Shown: one piece after another, positions 18,721-28,982 of the stretch
How the letters are laid out: the number at the start of each line of letters is the position of its first letter
Numbering within the stretch: the stretch's first letter is position 1
Origin: Deltaproteobacteria bacterium
GTDB lineage: Bacteria > Myxococcota_A > Polyangia > Fen-1088
Assembly: GCA_033763315.1 (NCBI GenBank)
Contig: JANRKS010000001.1
Location: 96,001-160,000 of the forward strand
Length of the DNA: 64,000 bases
Direction: 5' to 3'
Made by a program: the position numbers and the translations under genes
Notes under the pieces: generated by a model
Told to the model about the DNA's origin: nothing
Databases searched by the model: none
Seen by the model: only the letters and a program-made list of their open reading frames with translations

Positions 18721-19515
18721 TTACTGATTCACGCCGCTGGCCAAAAAGCCGCCATCCACGGGGAAGGTTTGCCCAGTGATGAAGCTGGCGGATTCCGACG
18801 CCAAGAAAACCGCACAACCTGCGAGCTCTTGCAGCTGACCGAAGCGCTGCATGGGTGTTCGCAATTTCAATTCAGCACCGCGGGGCGTGCCATCCAACAA
18901 CGCCGCGTTCAAATCCGTGCGAAACACGCCGGGCGCAATCGCGTTCACGTTCACACCTCGCGGCGCCCATTCGATGGCCAACGATTTGGTCAACGACACC
19001 ACGGCCGACTTGCTGGCGCCATACGCCGCCACTTCATAAAGCGCCACGTAGCTTGTGAGCGACGCAATGTTGATAATGCGGCCGTACTTGCGTTCGAGCA
19101 TGCCACGGCCAAACGCTTGGCAAGCGCGCAGCGTGCCCGTGACGTTGGTGTCCATGATGGCGTTCCATTCGTCCTCGCTCACCTCAAGGGTGGGCGTGCG
19201 TTTGGTGCGGCCAGCGCAGTTCACCAAGATGTCAACTTTGCCCAGTTTTTCGGTCACCTTATCGTTTAGGTCCTGCAGCGACGAACGGCTTGTGACGTCC
19301 GACGTCATGGCCACCGTTTTACGTCCAGCGGCGGTGATGGCCGCGCTGACTTTTTCCACCTCGTCTTTGCGACGTGAAGTGGCCACCACGTCGGCGCCTG
19401 CCGCCAAGAAGCCGTCAACGATGGCGCGGCCGATGCCACTTGTGCCACCAATCACCACAGCCACACGGCCGGCCAGCGACATCGATGCAGGTAACGGAGC
19501 GGAAGAGGAAGTCAT
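18721..19515 (-). CDS. SDR oxidoreductase (KduD / gluconate-5-dehydrogenase-like)
   Basis: GGTSGIG, VNCAG, YGASK, VNAIAPG, PVDGG. Confidence 0.9.
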   Translation of the reverse strand: MTSSSAPLPASMSLAGRVAVVIGGTSGIGRAIVDGFLAAGADVVATSRRKDEVEKVSAAITAAGRKTVAMTSDVTSRSSLQDLNDKVTEKLGKVDILVNCAGRTKRTPTLEVSEDEWNAIMDTNVTGTLRACQAFGRGMLERKYGRIINIASLTSYVALYEVAAYGASKSAVVSLTKSLAIEWAPRGVNVNAIAPGVFRTDLNAALLDGTPRGAELKLRTPMQRFGQLQELAGCAVFLASESASFITGQTFPVDGGFLASGVNQ

Positions 19516-19691
19516 GGAATCCTTTCATGCGGGCGTCATCGCCCAGGGTACCGGGAAGAAACGAGACGTTGGCACCTTGTGCCGGCCGTCTCCAGACAAA
19601 ACGTGAGGCTTCACCTCAATGTGTGACGAGGATCAGGAAAAACTTGCCTAGCAAACCTTATCACCAAGGCAAACCGTGCCGACGTTCCCCT

Positions 19692-20027
19692 ATGCGCATG
19701 GTTGGCTCGAACGTCGCGTTAAGTGCCTCTTACGAGCCGCGGCGCGCCGATTCGCCGCAAACACCGGTGCGTTCATGGATGGCCGCCGCGTTGACAAGCC
19801 ACGCCATGGCGGCGACCTCACGAACGACGCACACCGCCCAAAGCGACGCCGAGAAGAAGTTCGATCCCGCGCTTTTGGACTGGTTCATCTTCTTGAAGAC
19901 GAAGAATCCGGATAGTGACCCAACGGCGGCCGTCGAAGGGGTGGAAGAGATCCGGCGCCTGTACAAGCAGGCGGGCCCGTCTTATGGGGCGCAGGCAAAG
20001 CCAACGAAAACGCACGTTGTCGCGTAG
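19692..20027 (+). CDS. hypothetical protein
   Basis: Only ORF that fills the gap; no recognisable motif. Confidence 0.35.
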   Translation: MRMVGSNVALSASYEPRRADSPQTPVRSWMAAALTSHAMAATSRTTHTAQSDAEKKFDPALLDWFIFLKTKNPDSDPTAAVEGVEEIRRLYKQAGPSYGAQAKPTKTHVVA

Positions 20028-20039
20028 CGGCCTGCAACC

Positions 20040-20993
20040 TCAGGACGGTTTGCGAGCCAACACTTTGGCTTCCAAGCGATCGATGAGCTTCTTCTCGAAC
20101 ACATCGTTGTAGAGCACGTTCGCCTCCAAGATGCCCGTGGGGCTGGTGACGTTGATTTCCGTCAAGAAGCCGCCAATCACATCCAAGCCCACCAAGAAAA
20201 AACCGGCGTCGCGCAACTTGGGACCCACAACGTCCACAATCGCTTGGTCGCGTTCAGTGAGGGTGGTGGCTTTGGCCTTGGCGCCCACGTGCAGGTTGCC
20301 GCGCGCTTCATCGGGCGCGGGCACGCGGAGCACCGCGCACAATGGTTCGCCATCGACCAGCAAGATGCGTTTATCGCCCTCGCGCACCTCAGGCAGGTAT
20401 TTCTGCGCCACGGTCCAACGGCGCCCCAGATTTGTGGCCTGCTCCAGGATCGAACCCGTGTTGGGATCGCCTTGACGCACGTGAAACACGCCGAAACCAC
20501 CTGACGCGTCCAACGGCTTGATGACCATTTCGCCGCCTTGTTCGGCCATGAACGCGCGCAACCGGGTGGCTTCCCGGGTGACGATCATCGGCGCCGTCAG
20601 CTTCGGGAACTGCAGCACCGAAAGCTTCTCGTTTGTTTCGCGCAAGCCGCGCGGATCGTTGAGCACCAACGTGCTTTCTCGCGCGCGCTCCAAAATCAAA
20701 GTGGCGAAGTAGTAATCGAGATCGAACGGCGGATCCTTTCGCATGAAAACCGCATCGAAGGTTTCAAGCGCACGCATGGCCTGGGGGCCAAGCAGATAGT
20801 GATCGCCCTTGCGCCTTCGAACGGTGGCGGGCCAGGTGGCGGCCACCGGCTTTTCATGTTCCAGGCCCAGGTGGTTTGGCTCGCAAAACCAAATCTCATG
20901 ACCGCGGCTTTGCGCTTCCAACATCATGGCGAACGTGGTGTCGCCATCGATCTGAATGCGCGCCAAAGGATCCATCACGAAGAGGAACTTCAT
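20040..20993 (-). CDS. gshB: glutathione synthase
   Basis: MKFLFVMDP, FMRKDPPFD, NEKL, KPLD..GG, GDKRILLVDG, RGNLHVG, EINVTSPTG. Confidence 0.95.
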   Translation of the reverse strand: MKFLFVMDPLARIQIDGDTTFAMMLEAQSRGHEIWFCEPNHLGLEHEKPVAATWPATVRRRKGDHYLLGPQAMRALETFDAVFMRKDPPFDLDYYFATLILERARESTLVLNDPRGLRETNEKLSVLQFPKLTAPMIVTREATRLRAFMAEQGGEMVIKPLDASGGFGVFHVRQGDPNTGSILEQATNLGRRWTVAQKYLPEVREGDKRILLVDGEPLCAVLRVPAPDEARGNLHVGAKAKATTLTERDQAIVDVVGPKLRDAGFFLVGLDVIGGFLTEINVTSPTGILEANVLYNDVFEKKLIDRLEAKVLARKPS

Positions 20994-21006
20994 GTTGCTC
21001 AACAGC

Positions 21007-22530
21007 TTAGCTTTCGTCGTGCGTGTTTTCCAGCGGCGCTTCGGCCCCATCGTCACGCGTGGTTGTGGGCAGCAAATGCTCAAGACCGTGCTTGCGCATG
21101 CGGTAGTAAAGCGTGGACCGGTTGATACCTAAACTGCGCGCGGCGTGGGCAATGTTTCCCTGCATCTGTTCCACGGCCGCCACGATCTCGGCGCGCTCTT
21201 GTTCCGACAGCCGCTTATTGAGCGAACGGCTGGCCGAGCCTGACGTCAGCGTGGACACCGGCACGGGACCATGCGGGGCGGCGGGCGGCGTGGGCATGTT
21301 GGCCAAGCGGCGGCCGAAATCCAGGTCGTTTACGGTGACCTCTGCCCCCTGCGCCAAGATCAGCGCGCGTTCAATCACGTTCTCCAGTTCGCGTACGTTG
21401 CCGGGCCACGGGTAATGCGCCAGCATCGCCAGCGCGTCTGGGGCGATGCCTGACAGGCGTTTGCCGGTGGCGTTCGAAAACTTGTGGATGAAGTGCTCGC
21501 ACAGCACCGCCAAATCATCCAAGCGTTCGCGCAGCGGCGGCAACGTGATCGAGAAAACGTTGAGCCGGTAATACAGATCTTCGCGGAACTTCCCTTCCGA
21601 GATCATCTGTTCCAAATTGCGGTGCGTGGCTGAAATCACGCGCACATCCACGCGAACCGTTTCCACGCCGCCCACGCGTTCAAACTCGCGCTCTTGCAAC
21701 ACGCGCAGCAGCTTCACTTGCACTTCGGCGGGCAGATCGCCCACTTCATCCAAGAACAACGTGCCGCCATCAGCCAACTCAAAACGCCCCGCACGCCGGG
21801 CCATGGCGCCTGTAAACGCGCCCTTTTCGTGGCCAAAAAGTTCCGATTCTAAAATTCCTGGTGCCAAGGCCGCGCAGTTCACGCGCACGAATGGCCGTGA
21901 TTCACGCGTGCTGTTGATGTGAATCGCGCGCGCCACCATTTCTTTGCCGGTGCCTGTTTCGCCGCGCAGAAGCACAGTTGACGATGTGGGCGCCACCTGC
22001 TGCACCTTGCGCAACACATCTTTGAGCGGGTTCGATTCGCCCACGATTTCGCCGAAGTTAAACGCGCCGTGCGCTTCACGCGAAAGCAAACCCGCGTATT
22101 GGGTCAGCTGATCGGAAAGGCGTTGGTTCTCGCGCCGCAAGAAGAAGCGCTCCACCGCGTGCCGTAAGATGCCGCGCAATTCCTCGCGATCCCAGGGCTT
22201 GGTGACATAGCGATAGATGTGGCCCAAATTGATGGCTTCCACCAAAACGTCAACGTCGGTGAAGGCCGTCATAATGATGCCCACGGCGTCGGGGCGCACC
22301 GTGCGAATGGCGCGCAACAGTTCAAGCCCAGTCATGCGTGGCATACGTTGATCGGTGACAACCACGGCGACGTCTGTGGTCTTCGCGATCTCAAGCGCTT
22401 GGTCGCCGCCATCCGCGAGGTGCAGCGTGAACATGCGCGCGAAGTTGAAACGAAACGCGTCCAAGTTGTCGCGCTCGTCGTCCACCACCAGGATCGGAAA
22501 GCGGTTGTAGTCCCATGCCTCTGTCGCCAT
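21007..22530 (-). CDS. sigma54-dependent response regulator (REC-AAA-Fis HTH)
   Basis: ILVVDDE, TDQRMP, GETGTGKE, GAFTGA, FLDEVG, WPGNVREL, ARSLGINRSTLY. Confidence 0.95.
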   Translation of the reverse strand: MATEAWDYNRFPILVVDDERDNLDAFRFNFARMFTLHLADGGDQALEIAKTTDVAVVVTDQRMPRMTGLELLRAIRTVRPDAVGIIMTAFTDVDVLVEAINLGHIYRYVTKPWDREELRGILRHAVERFFLRRENQRLSDQLTQYAGLLSREAHGAFNFGEIVGESNPLKDVLRKVQQVAPTSSTVLLRGETGTGKEMVARAIHINSTRESRPFVRVNCAALAPGILESELFGHEKGAFTGAMARRAGRFELADGGTLFLDEVGDLPAEVQVKLLRVLQEREFERVGGVETVRVDVRVISATHRNLEQMISEGKFREDLYYRLNVFSITLPPLRERLDDLAVLCEHFIHKFSNATGKRLSGIAPDALAMLAHYPWPGNVRELENVIERALILAQGAEVTVNDLDFGRRLANMPTPPAAPHGPVPVSTLTSGSASRSLNKRLSEQERAEIVAAVEQMQGNIAHAARSLGINRSTLYYRMRKHGLEHLLPTTTRDDGAEAPLENTHDES

Positions 22531-22587
22531 GCGCCACGAAGTTAGCACGAAATGTGGCTCGGGCGGGATGCAAGGGCGGACCCAGCG

Positions 22588-24453
22588 ATGCGCTTCTGGC
22601 GACGTTCGATGACCCAGGATACTCTGCTGGCTGTGAGCTTTTCCGACAGCGAGGTGCAGGCGCGCGAGTCGCTCGCCCCTGCGCGCTTGGGCGCGGCTTT
22701 GGCCGTGGTGGCATTCACGGTTTACATGTGGCGCGGCAGCCTGGCGCCCTACCTCCTTGATTCGGCCGAATTGGCCGCGGCGTCGTTTGGTCTGGGTGTG
22801 GCACACCCCCCGGGCGAAGGTTTGGCGCTGTTGTGGGGGCGGCTGTTTTCGTTTTTACCCCTAGGCACAGTGGCCCTGCGTGTGAGCTTGGGGCAAAGCG
22901 TGTGCGGCGCGCTGGCCGTGGCGTTGCTCTATTTCACGACGTTTGCCGCCTGTCAGTTTCTACCGTCGCTCTTGCAACCTCAACGTCGCGTGCGCGCGGC
23001 CGTGTGCGCGGCTTGCGCCTTGGCTTTCGCGTTTTCGCCCGGCGCGGCGGATGTGTGCTCGCGTCCAGAGGTCTATGCTTTGGCGACGTTGCTGGCCTTG
23101 GCAACGTTGGTGTGCGCCCAGCAAGCCGCATTCGTTGGCGACGCGCGATGGGCCGTGGGGGCGGCGTTCTTGTTGGGCCTCAGCATGGCAAATCATCCTT
23201 TGATCGCTGGCACCGCGGGCGTGGGTGCGTTGGCGGCCTGCGTGCCGTTGTTGCCGCGCGCGTATCGAACGCGCGAGCGCGTGGCCTTGGTGGTGGCTGC
23301 GGTGGTGGCGTTTGCGTGTGGTGCTTTGTTTTTGCTTTATGTGCCGGTGCGAACGGCGGCGCTGTTCGCCGATCCCAACGCTGTGTTATGGGGTGACGCG
23401 CGAACTTGGCGCGGCTGGTGGTGGGTTCTCTCAGCGCGCACGTTTGCCGAAAAAAGCGCCATCGTTCATGGCAGTGCCGACCCCAGCAGCTTGCCATTTT
23501 TGTTTGTTGAAGAATTAGGCATCGCGGCCGCCTGTTTGGGTTTTGCGGGCGCGTATTCATTGGCGCGCTTTTCGCGCGCGGGTCGCTTCTTTGCCTTGAC
23601 CACAGCCTTGTCGGCCGCGGGCGCCATCGCTTCGGCGCTGGTGGGTGGCCTTGATCCGCACAACCCGGATGTCCGTGGATACCTGGGTTCTGCCTTCGCG
23701 TTGTGGAGCCTTTTTGCAGGGGTTGGCGCGTGCGCGCTCGCCACGCGCGTGGGGCGGTTACAAACGGCGGTGGCCGCGTTGTTGGGTATGGGTGTGGTGG
23801 CGCCGCATTTCATCGCGCTTGCTGCGGACGCATCGTTCCGTGATGGTGTGCGCGCTATCAGATCACCTGAGCGTTTAATCACGGAGGCAGCCTTTTCGTT
23901 ACCACCACGCACAGTGCTCACCACGGGGCATTTCGAAACCGCGTTCTTGCTGGCTTACAACCGCGCGGTGCAAGGGCAACGCCCTGACGTGCAATGGTTT
24001 CACGCGGGTTGGGCAAACGCGCCGGGTTACGCCGAGCGCATCGCTCGCTTCGCGCCGGCACTGTCTCCGCTTGTCGCGGGGCATGGCGTGATCACAAGCC
24101 AAAGCGTTGAAGCTTTATCAGAGCCCTTCGCGACCGAAGCCAGCGTGCCCCTGTCACCTGAATTGCCTGCCGGGTTGACATATGGTGAACAGCTTTGGCA
24201 TTGGCCCCCGCTTGCCAGGCTGCACGCTGACTTGCCCGTCGCCTCCACGACGCCGCTGAACCCGCAAGTCAAAGGCTTTATCGCGTGGCGGTTGTTTCAA
24301 GACGCGCGGCTTGCGTGTAAGGCCCAAAGCTCATTGGCACCATCATTCGTTGCGCAGGTTCAAAGCCTGCTGCCTGACGACGCGGTGACGGCGGCCTTGC
24401 CCACGTGGTGTGCGCAACAACGCGGGGCGAAGCCGATTCAACCTTCCAGATAA
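22588..24453 (+). CDS. DUF2723 / TMEM260-like membrane glycosyltransferase
   Basis: DSAELAAA..GLGVAHPPG, PEVYAL, ANHP, YVPVR, WGD; multi-TM. Confidence 0.8.
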   Translation: MRFWRRSMTQDTLLAVSFSDSEVQARESLAPARLGAALAVVAFTVYMWRGSLAPYLLDSAELAAASFGLGVAHPPGEGLALLWGRLFSFLPLGTVALRVSLGQSVCGALAVALLYFTTFAACQFLPSLLQPQRRVRAAVCAACALAFAFSPGAADVCSRPEVYALATLLALATLVCAQQAAFVGDARWAVGAAFLLGLSMANHPLIAGTAGVGALAACVPLLPRAYRTRERVALVVAAVVAFACGALFLLYVPVRTAALFADPNAVLWGDARTWRGWWWVLSARTFAEKSAIVHGSADPSSLPFLFVEELGIAAACLGFAGAYSLARFSRAGRFFALTTALSAAGAIASALVGGLDPHNPDVRGYLGSAFALWSLFAGVGACALATRVGRLQTAVAALLGMGVVAPHFIALAADASFRDGVRAIRSPERLITEAAFSLPPRTVLTTGHFETAFLLAYNRAVQGQRPDVQWFHAGWANAPGYAERIARFAPALSPLVAGHGVITSQSVEALSEPFATEASVPLSPELPAGLTYGEQLWHWPPLARLHADLPVASTTPLNPQVKGFIAWRLFQDARLACKAQSSLAPSFVAQVQSLLPDDAVTAALPTWCAQQRGAKPIQPSR

Positions 24454-24467
24454 CGGCGCTGCACGTG
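24427..24467 (+). repeat. 41-bp direct repeat A, copy 1
   Basis: GCGAAGCCGATTCAACCTTCCAGATAACGGCGCTGCACGTG; 39/41 identical to 25445-25485. Confidence 0.9.
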
Positions 24468-24479
24468 CGACCGCATTCG

Positions 24480-25334
24480 TTAACGCGGTGGCGCCTTTCG
24501 CCTCGATGCGGGGTGATGGGGTGCTTCCACCAAGATACGAAATCCGATCGCGGCGTCTTTGTACTCGGGCGATACGGCGTGGCGAAATGAGCAGCGCTGC
24601 AAATGCAGGGGATTAAATGAGCAGCCGCCGCGAAACACACGCACTTTCGTAGACGTGGCTGGACCTTGCGGATCAACGGCGTCGCCACTTTCATAGGGCG
24701 CAAACCAATCGCTGGTCCATTCCCAAACGTTGCCGTGCAGATCAAGCAGCCCCAAGTTCGTGGGCTTCTTTAGACCAACCTCCTCTGATAGCCGCGCGGT
24801 TTTGGCGAACCAAGCGTACGCAGACAAATTCTCCTCGGTCACGCCAGGCGAGAACGGTCCTGGCCCTGCCGCTTGGCCGCCGCCTTTGCATGCTAGCTCC
24901 CATTCAGCCTCGGTGGGCAAACGGACTTTGCGGCCTGTTTGTTCCGAAAGCTTTGCACAAAACGCCTCAGCGTCTTCGAAAGTCACACCAACCACGGGTT
25001 TGTGGCTTCCGACGTTCGCGGCTTCGAAGTAACGATGTTCCGTGGCTGTGGGATTGTAGCCCATCACGGCTTCGTACTGCGCTTGAGTCACTTCTGTTTT
25101 TCCCAAATAGAAATCGCGCGTGATGGTTACGCGGTGCTGGGTTTCATTGCCCTCGCGCTTGCGCTCGGTGGCGGGCGAACCCATTTGAAATTGCCCCGCA
25201 CGGACCAAAACAAGGTCGATCGCATCTGTCCCCGGCACTTTCAGAACCGGCAGCGAAGGCGTCGGCTTCGCAAGCGCCAACGAAGGCAACCCAAGCATTG
25301 CAATCAACCCAAAAAGACAGCAACAACGTCGCAT
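24480..25334 (-). CDS. secreted FGE-sulfatase (SUMF1) domain protein
   Basis: FQMGSP, HRVTI, TEVTQAQY, RLPTEAEWE, GNVWEW, RGG, IGFR. Confidence 0.9.
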   Translation of the reverse strand: MRRCCCLFGLIAMLGLPSLALAKPTPSLPVLKVPGTDAIDLVLVRAGQFQMGSPATERKREGNETQHRVTITRDFYLGKTEVTQAQYEAVMGYNPTATEHRYFEAANVGSHKPVVGVTFEDAEAFCAKLSEQTGRKVRLPTEAEWELACKGGGQAAGPGPFSPGVTEENLSAYAWFAKTARLSEEVGLKKPTNLGLLDLHGNVWEWTSDWFAPYESGDAVDPQGPATSTKVRVFRGGCSFNPLHLQRCSFRHAVSPEYKDAAIGFRILVEAPHHPASRRKAPPR

Positions 25335-25444
25335 ACCCCCATGATAGGCAAAAGCCGGTGGCACGCATCGTCACGATTGCCTAGCGATGAACACAATGGC
25401 CGCGCGAACCCAGCGCCACCTTGTCACTGAGTGTCACGTGGCGA

Positions 25445-25485
25445 GCGAAGCCGCTTCAACCTTCCAGATAGCGGCGCTGCACGTG
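25445..25485 (+). repeat. 41-bp direct repeat A, copy 2 (3' end of carboxypeptidase gene)
   Basis: GCGAAGCCGCTTCAACCTTCCAGATAGCGGCGCTGCACGTG. Confidence 0.9.
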
Positions 25486-26964
25486 GGCTTTGAAAGCTTC
25501 GGTGGAAAGAGATTTTCCGGTGGCGGCCTTGAGAATGTCGTCGCCGCTATAAAGCGACGCTTTCGACCACACGTACGTGCGCAACCAGCCGTTGAGCGGT
25601 TCGAAGTTGCCGCGCGCGATCTCGTCTTGTAGTCCTGGCAGCTGCTCTGTGGCAGCGGCAAACAATTGCGCCGCTGTGAGAGCACCCAAAGTGTAGGACG
25701 GAAAATAACCAAACAGCCCCGCGGGCCAATGCACGTCCTGCATGCAGCCATCTTTGAAATTGCCCACGGTGGAAAGGCCCAACAGCGCTTGCATGCGCTG
25801 ATCCCAAAGTTCAGGGATGTCTGCCACTGTGATCTTGTGCTCGAACAACGCGCGCTCGATCTCGTAGCGCAAGATAACATGGCAAGGATACGTAACTTCA
25901 TCGGCATCCACGCGAATGAAGCCACGCCGCACACGCGTTGATAAGCGTGTGATGTTTGAAGCGGTGAACGCCTCGGGGGCGCGGGCCGCCGCCTCGGGCA
26001 TGCATTCGCGCATAATGGGGGTGGCGAAACTCAAGAACGCGGCGCCACGCGACACTTGCATCTCTTGCAGCAGGCTTTGGCTTTCGTGCATGGCCATGCC
26101 ACGCGCGCTGCCGGCGGGCAACGCGGCCCATTCCCGCGGCAAGCCCTGCTCATACTTTGCATGCCCGGCTTCGTGCAGAACGCCCATCAAAGCTGAAGTG
26201 AAATCACTTTCGTTGTAGCGCGTGGTGATGCGAACGTCGGATGGCACGCCACCGCAGAAGGGATGGTGGCTGGTGTCCAAGCGACCGTGCGCCATATCGA
26301 AACCCACGGCTTCCATCAAGCGCAGACCAAGCGCGCGTTGCTGTGCCACGGGGAATGGCCCTTGCGGCTGCACGAAAGACTCCTGGCTTTGCTTGGCCAA
26401 CACGGCTTCGGTGAACATGGGCAAAAACGCGCCCAGATCGGCAAACAAGCGGTCGATCTCAGCACACCGCATGCCCGGCTCGAAACCATCGATCAGGGCG
26501 TCGTAGGGCGAAAGATTGAGCGCCGATCCCAAGGCGGCCGCCACCTCTTTCTTCAAAGCCACCACGGCTTGCAGCTTGGGGCGAAACGATTCCCAATCAT
26601 TCTTTGCGCGCAGCCCACGCCACGCTTGTTCGCTGGCGGATTCAGCCTTCTTCGACGCTTCCACCAGATCCTGAGGAAGAGCCACGATGCGCTGCCACGT
26701 GCGATGCATCTCTTGCAAGTTGGCTTTTTGAAAATCATGAAGCGATCCGGCCTTCGCTTCTTCCTGCGCGGCCGCGAACCAATCTGCCAGCTGCGGTTGC
26801 GTGTATTGCTGGTGGCGCAAACCATAAAGGCTGGCCACCGCCTCGGCCCGGTGTGGCCCGGCCGCCGCAGGCATCATCACGGCCTCATCCCATTCAAGCA
26901 TCGCCACGGCGTGGTCGAGGTGACCGATGCGTCGAAACGTGGCTTCAAGCTTTGCGTAAGACAT
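25456..26964 (-). CDS. carboxypeptidase M32 (Taq type)
   Basis: HPF, DVRITTRY, HEAGH, HESQS, IRVDADE, GCMQDVHW, YFPSYTLG. Confidence 0.95.
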   Translation of the reverse strand: MSYAKLEATFRRIGHLDHAVAMLEWDEAVMMPAAAGPHRAEAVASLYGLRHQQYTQPQLADWFAAAQEEAKAGSLHDFQKANLQEMHRTWQRIVALPQDLVEASKKAESASEQAWRGLRAKNDWESFRPKLQAVVALKKEVAAALGSALNLSPYDALIDGFEPGMRCAEIDRLFADLGAFLPMFTEAVLAKQSQESFVQPQGPFPVAQQRALGLRLMEAVGFDMAHGRLDTSHHPFCGGVPSDVRITTRYNESDFTSALMGVLHEAGHAKYEQGLPREWAALPAGSARGMAMHESQSLLQEMQVSRGAAFLSFATPIMRECMPEAAARAPEAFTASNITRLSTRVRRGFIRVDADEVTYPCHVILRYEIERALFEHKITVADIPELWDQRMQALLGLSTVGNFKDGCMQDVHWPAGLFGYFPSYTLGALTAAQLFAAATEQLPGLQDEIARGNFEPLNGWLRTYVWSKASLYSGDDILKAATGKSLSTEAFKAHVQRRYLEG

Positions 26965-27081
26965 CGGCGTATTCTACGCGCCGTGGCGGCGGAGGAAAGG
27001 GGGGGCGGCTCGGGCAATGAAAGCGCAAGGAGGCGGACATCTTTGGTCGCGTCGAGGGGAAGGCGGGTCTACAATGGGGTT

Positions 27082-27297
27082 ATGAGCTCGTCTGCAGCCA
27101 GGGCGGCGGCCCGCCGCAACACGTGGACCCATGGCGTCTCCAGTTCGTTTGCTGAAGCAGAGGCGCACGATATTGAGTTCTGGCGAAAGGCAACGCCACA
27201 GCAACGACTTGACGGGTTGTTCGAACTGGTGGAGATGATGCACGATGAAGTTGAGCGAAGACTTCCGGGATCTCCTCACGGAACTAGGCAAGGCTGA
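27082..27297 (+). CDS. small protein of the type found upstream of nucleotidyltransferases
   Basis: DIEFWRKATPQQRL motif; overlaps the start of an NTase remnant; TACAAT 6 nt upstream of the ATG. Confidence 0.65.
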   Translation: MSSSAARAAARRNTWTHGVSSSFAEAEAHDIEFWRKATPQQRLDGLFELVEMMHDEVERRLPGSPHGTRQG

Positions 27298-27330
27298 CGT
27301 CGATTACCTCTTGATCGGTGGTGGGGCTTT
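27245..27330 (+). pseudogene. truncated nucleotidyltransferase (N-terminus only)
   Basis: MKLSEDFRDLLTELGKADVDYLLIGG is a typical start for this family; similarity stops just before repeat B copy 2, and the D-x-D motif is absent. Confidence 0.7.
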
Positions 27331-27443
27331 GCGGTCGGACCCGGGCTACGACCGTGGCGGCGAGGAAGGGGGGCTCGGGAGCCTCTTGCCGAGGCTTTCT
27401 TTGTGGCAAGCGAGTTACCTGATGCGAGGCTAGCTGAACGTCA

Positions 27444-28061
27444 CTACCAGAACGTCAGCGCCACACCTGCACGCAAGCGCAAACCACGTAGATCGTCGAG
27501 CAGCGACGAGGTTGTGAGAACGTAGCCGGCATCGGCTGTGAGATGCAGGTTCTCTCGTGTCCACAAAAACAAGCCCAAGGCGGGCGTAACGATGAATTTA
27601 TTGCCGAGGCCCGACTGCGACAGGCCGCCCACTTCGAACGTGAACGTTGGAATGAGGAAATCTCTTTGTGGATTTCGTTCAAAGCTGAGTGTGGCGCCAA
27701 TTCCGTAGAGGAACATCGACGACGCTGCCGCCTTGTTGCTGTCGAGCAGATCCAGCGCCAAGTAAGCGCGCCCGTGACTTGGACCACGCGCTTCGCTTTG
27801 CCGTGCCCACGTCACAAGCACGACGTCAATCGAAGCGCCGTAAAGTGTTCCAAGTCGCTCGGTTGATCGAGGAAAGTAGGAAGAGAACCTGAGGCCTGGC
27901 AAAAAGCCTGTGGTGTAACGCTGCGTGTACCGAGGCGGGCTGGGTAGGGGTGGCGGGGGCGTCGCATAACCTGGCTCCTGTGCCTGCAGAGCGTGTGCGT
28001 TTGCCAGAAGAAATGTGAACCAAGTGGCTGCGATGAGAGGGAGTTTGCTAAGGCGCCGCAT
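27444..28061 (-). CDS. probable outer-membrane beta-barrel protein
   Basis: Signal peptide ending AHA; alternating beta strands; terminal GVALTFW. Confidence 0.65.
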   Translation of the reverse strand: MRRLSKLPLIAATWFTFLLANAHALQAQEPGYATPPPPLPSPPRYTQRYTTGFLPGLRFSSYFPRSTERLGTLYGASIDVVLVTWARQSEARGPSHGRAYLALDLLDSNKAAASSMFLYGIGATLSFERNPQRDFLIPTFTFEVGGLSQSGLGNKFIVTPALGLFLWTRENLHLTADAGYVLTTSSLLDDLRGLRLRAGVALTFW

Positions 28062-28146
28062 ACCCAAGAACCTTACCACTTCCACATCCACCGGTACCGG
28101 CACCTTTTTGTGGGTGTAAGTGACCACTCGGAGTTACAGTTGCTCT

Positions 28147-28548
28147 ATGAAAGAGGCACTCGATGCCGATTTAGCGTTGCGTTTGAGCTCCGAGGCCAAG
28201 GGCGCGGGTGTGGATGTGCTTGTTTTGTTTGGGTCCCGAGCGAGGGGGCAAGCGCGGCCAGACTCCGACTGGGATTTTGGATTTCTCACGCAGCAGGACA
28301 TCGACCTTGCCGGATTGACAAACGCGCTGGCCCGTCTGACGGGAGCCGAACAAGTTGATCTCGTGGACCTCAATCGCGCCAATGGTTTGCTTCGCTATTT
28401 GGTTGCTGCAGAGGGCGTGCTGGTTTACGAGCGCCGCACCGGGGCGTTCATGGATTTTCGTGAAGCTGCCGTTCAGTTTTGGTGCGATGCTGGCCCTGTG
28501 CTTGCGCGGGCCTATGAAGACGTGCTGGCGGATCTGAGGGCATCGTGA
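28147..28548 (+). CDS. mntA: type VII TA antitoxin, minimal nucleotidyltransferase
   Basis: LFGSRARG..RPDSDWDFG, VDLVDL; GTGA overlap with the HEPN gene. Confidence 0.9.
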   Translation: MKEALDADLALRLSSEAKGAGVDVLVLFGSRARGQARPDSDWDFGFLTQQDIDLAGLTNALARLTGAEQVDLVDLNRANGLLRYLVAAEGVLVYERRTGAFMDFREAAVQFWCDAGPVLARAYEDVLADLRAS

Positions 28549-28958
28549 ACCCGGGACGCGCATTGCTTGCCGAGAAGGCCGCTATCATTGAGCGGCATCT
28601 CGCGAGGGTCGCCTCGAAGCTACCCCCAGATCCAAATGAGCTTTCGCCGCAGTCTGATGCGTCCGACGCAATCATCTTGCACTTGTGGCAGGCGGTTCAG
28701 TTGGTGATTGATTTGGCGGTATCAACTTGCGTTCGCGAAGGGTTGGGAACGCCAGTGAATTACGGAGATGCTTTCAAGAAGCTTGCGGGTACCGGAATTC
28801 TTCCGAGTGACTTGGCCGAGCGACTGTCTCGCGCGGCCGGGTTTCGGAATGTTGTTGCTCACGCTTATGACACCATAGACATGCGCCGGGTGCATCAAGC
28901 GGCTGCGTCTGGCCCCGCCGACCTTCGTGCGTTCTTGGCTGCGTTGGCGGCGCGGTAG
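28545..28958 (+). CDS. hepT: type VII TA toxin, HEPN/DUF86 RNase
   Basis: FRNVVAHAY (RX4HXY) motif. Confidence 0.9.
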   Translation: MNPGRALLAEKAAIIERHLARVASKLPPDPNELSPQSDASDAIILHLWQAVQLVIDLAVSTCVREGLGTPVNYGDAFKKLAGTGILPSDLAERLSRAAGFRNVVAHAYDTIDMRRVHQAAASGPADLRAFLAALAAR

Positions 28959-28982
28959 AAACTACGCCATAGGGACGTGCCT

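Larger units (their letters stand above)
26974..27379 (+). repeat. degenerate direct repeat pair B (26974-27014 / 27346-27379)
   Basis: CTACGcgCCGTGGCGGCGgAGGAAaGGGGGGgcgGCTCGGG vs CTACGaCCGTGGCGGCGAGGAAGGGGGGCTCGGG. Confidence 0.65.
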
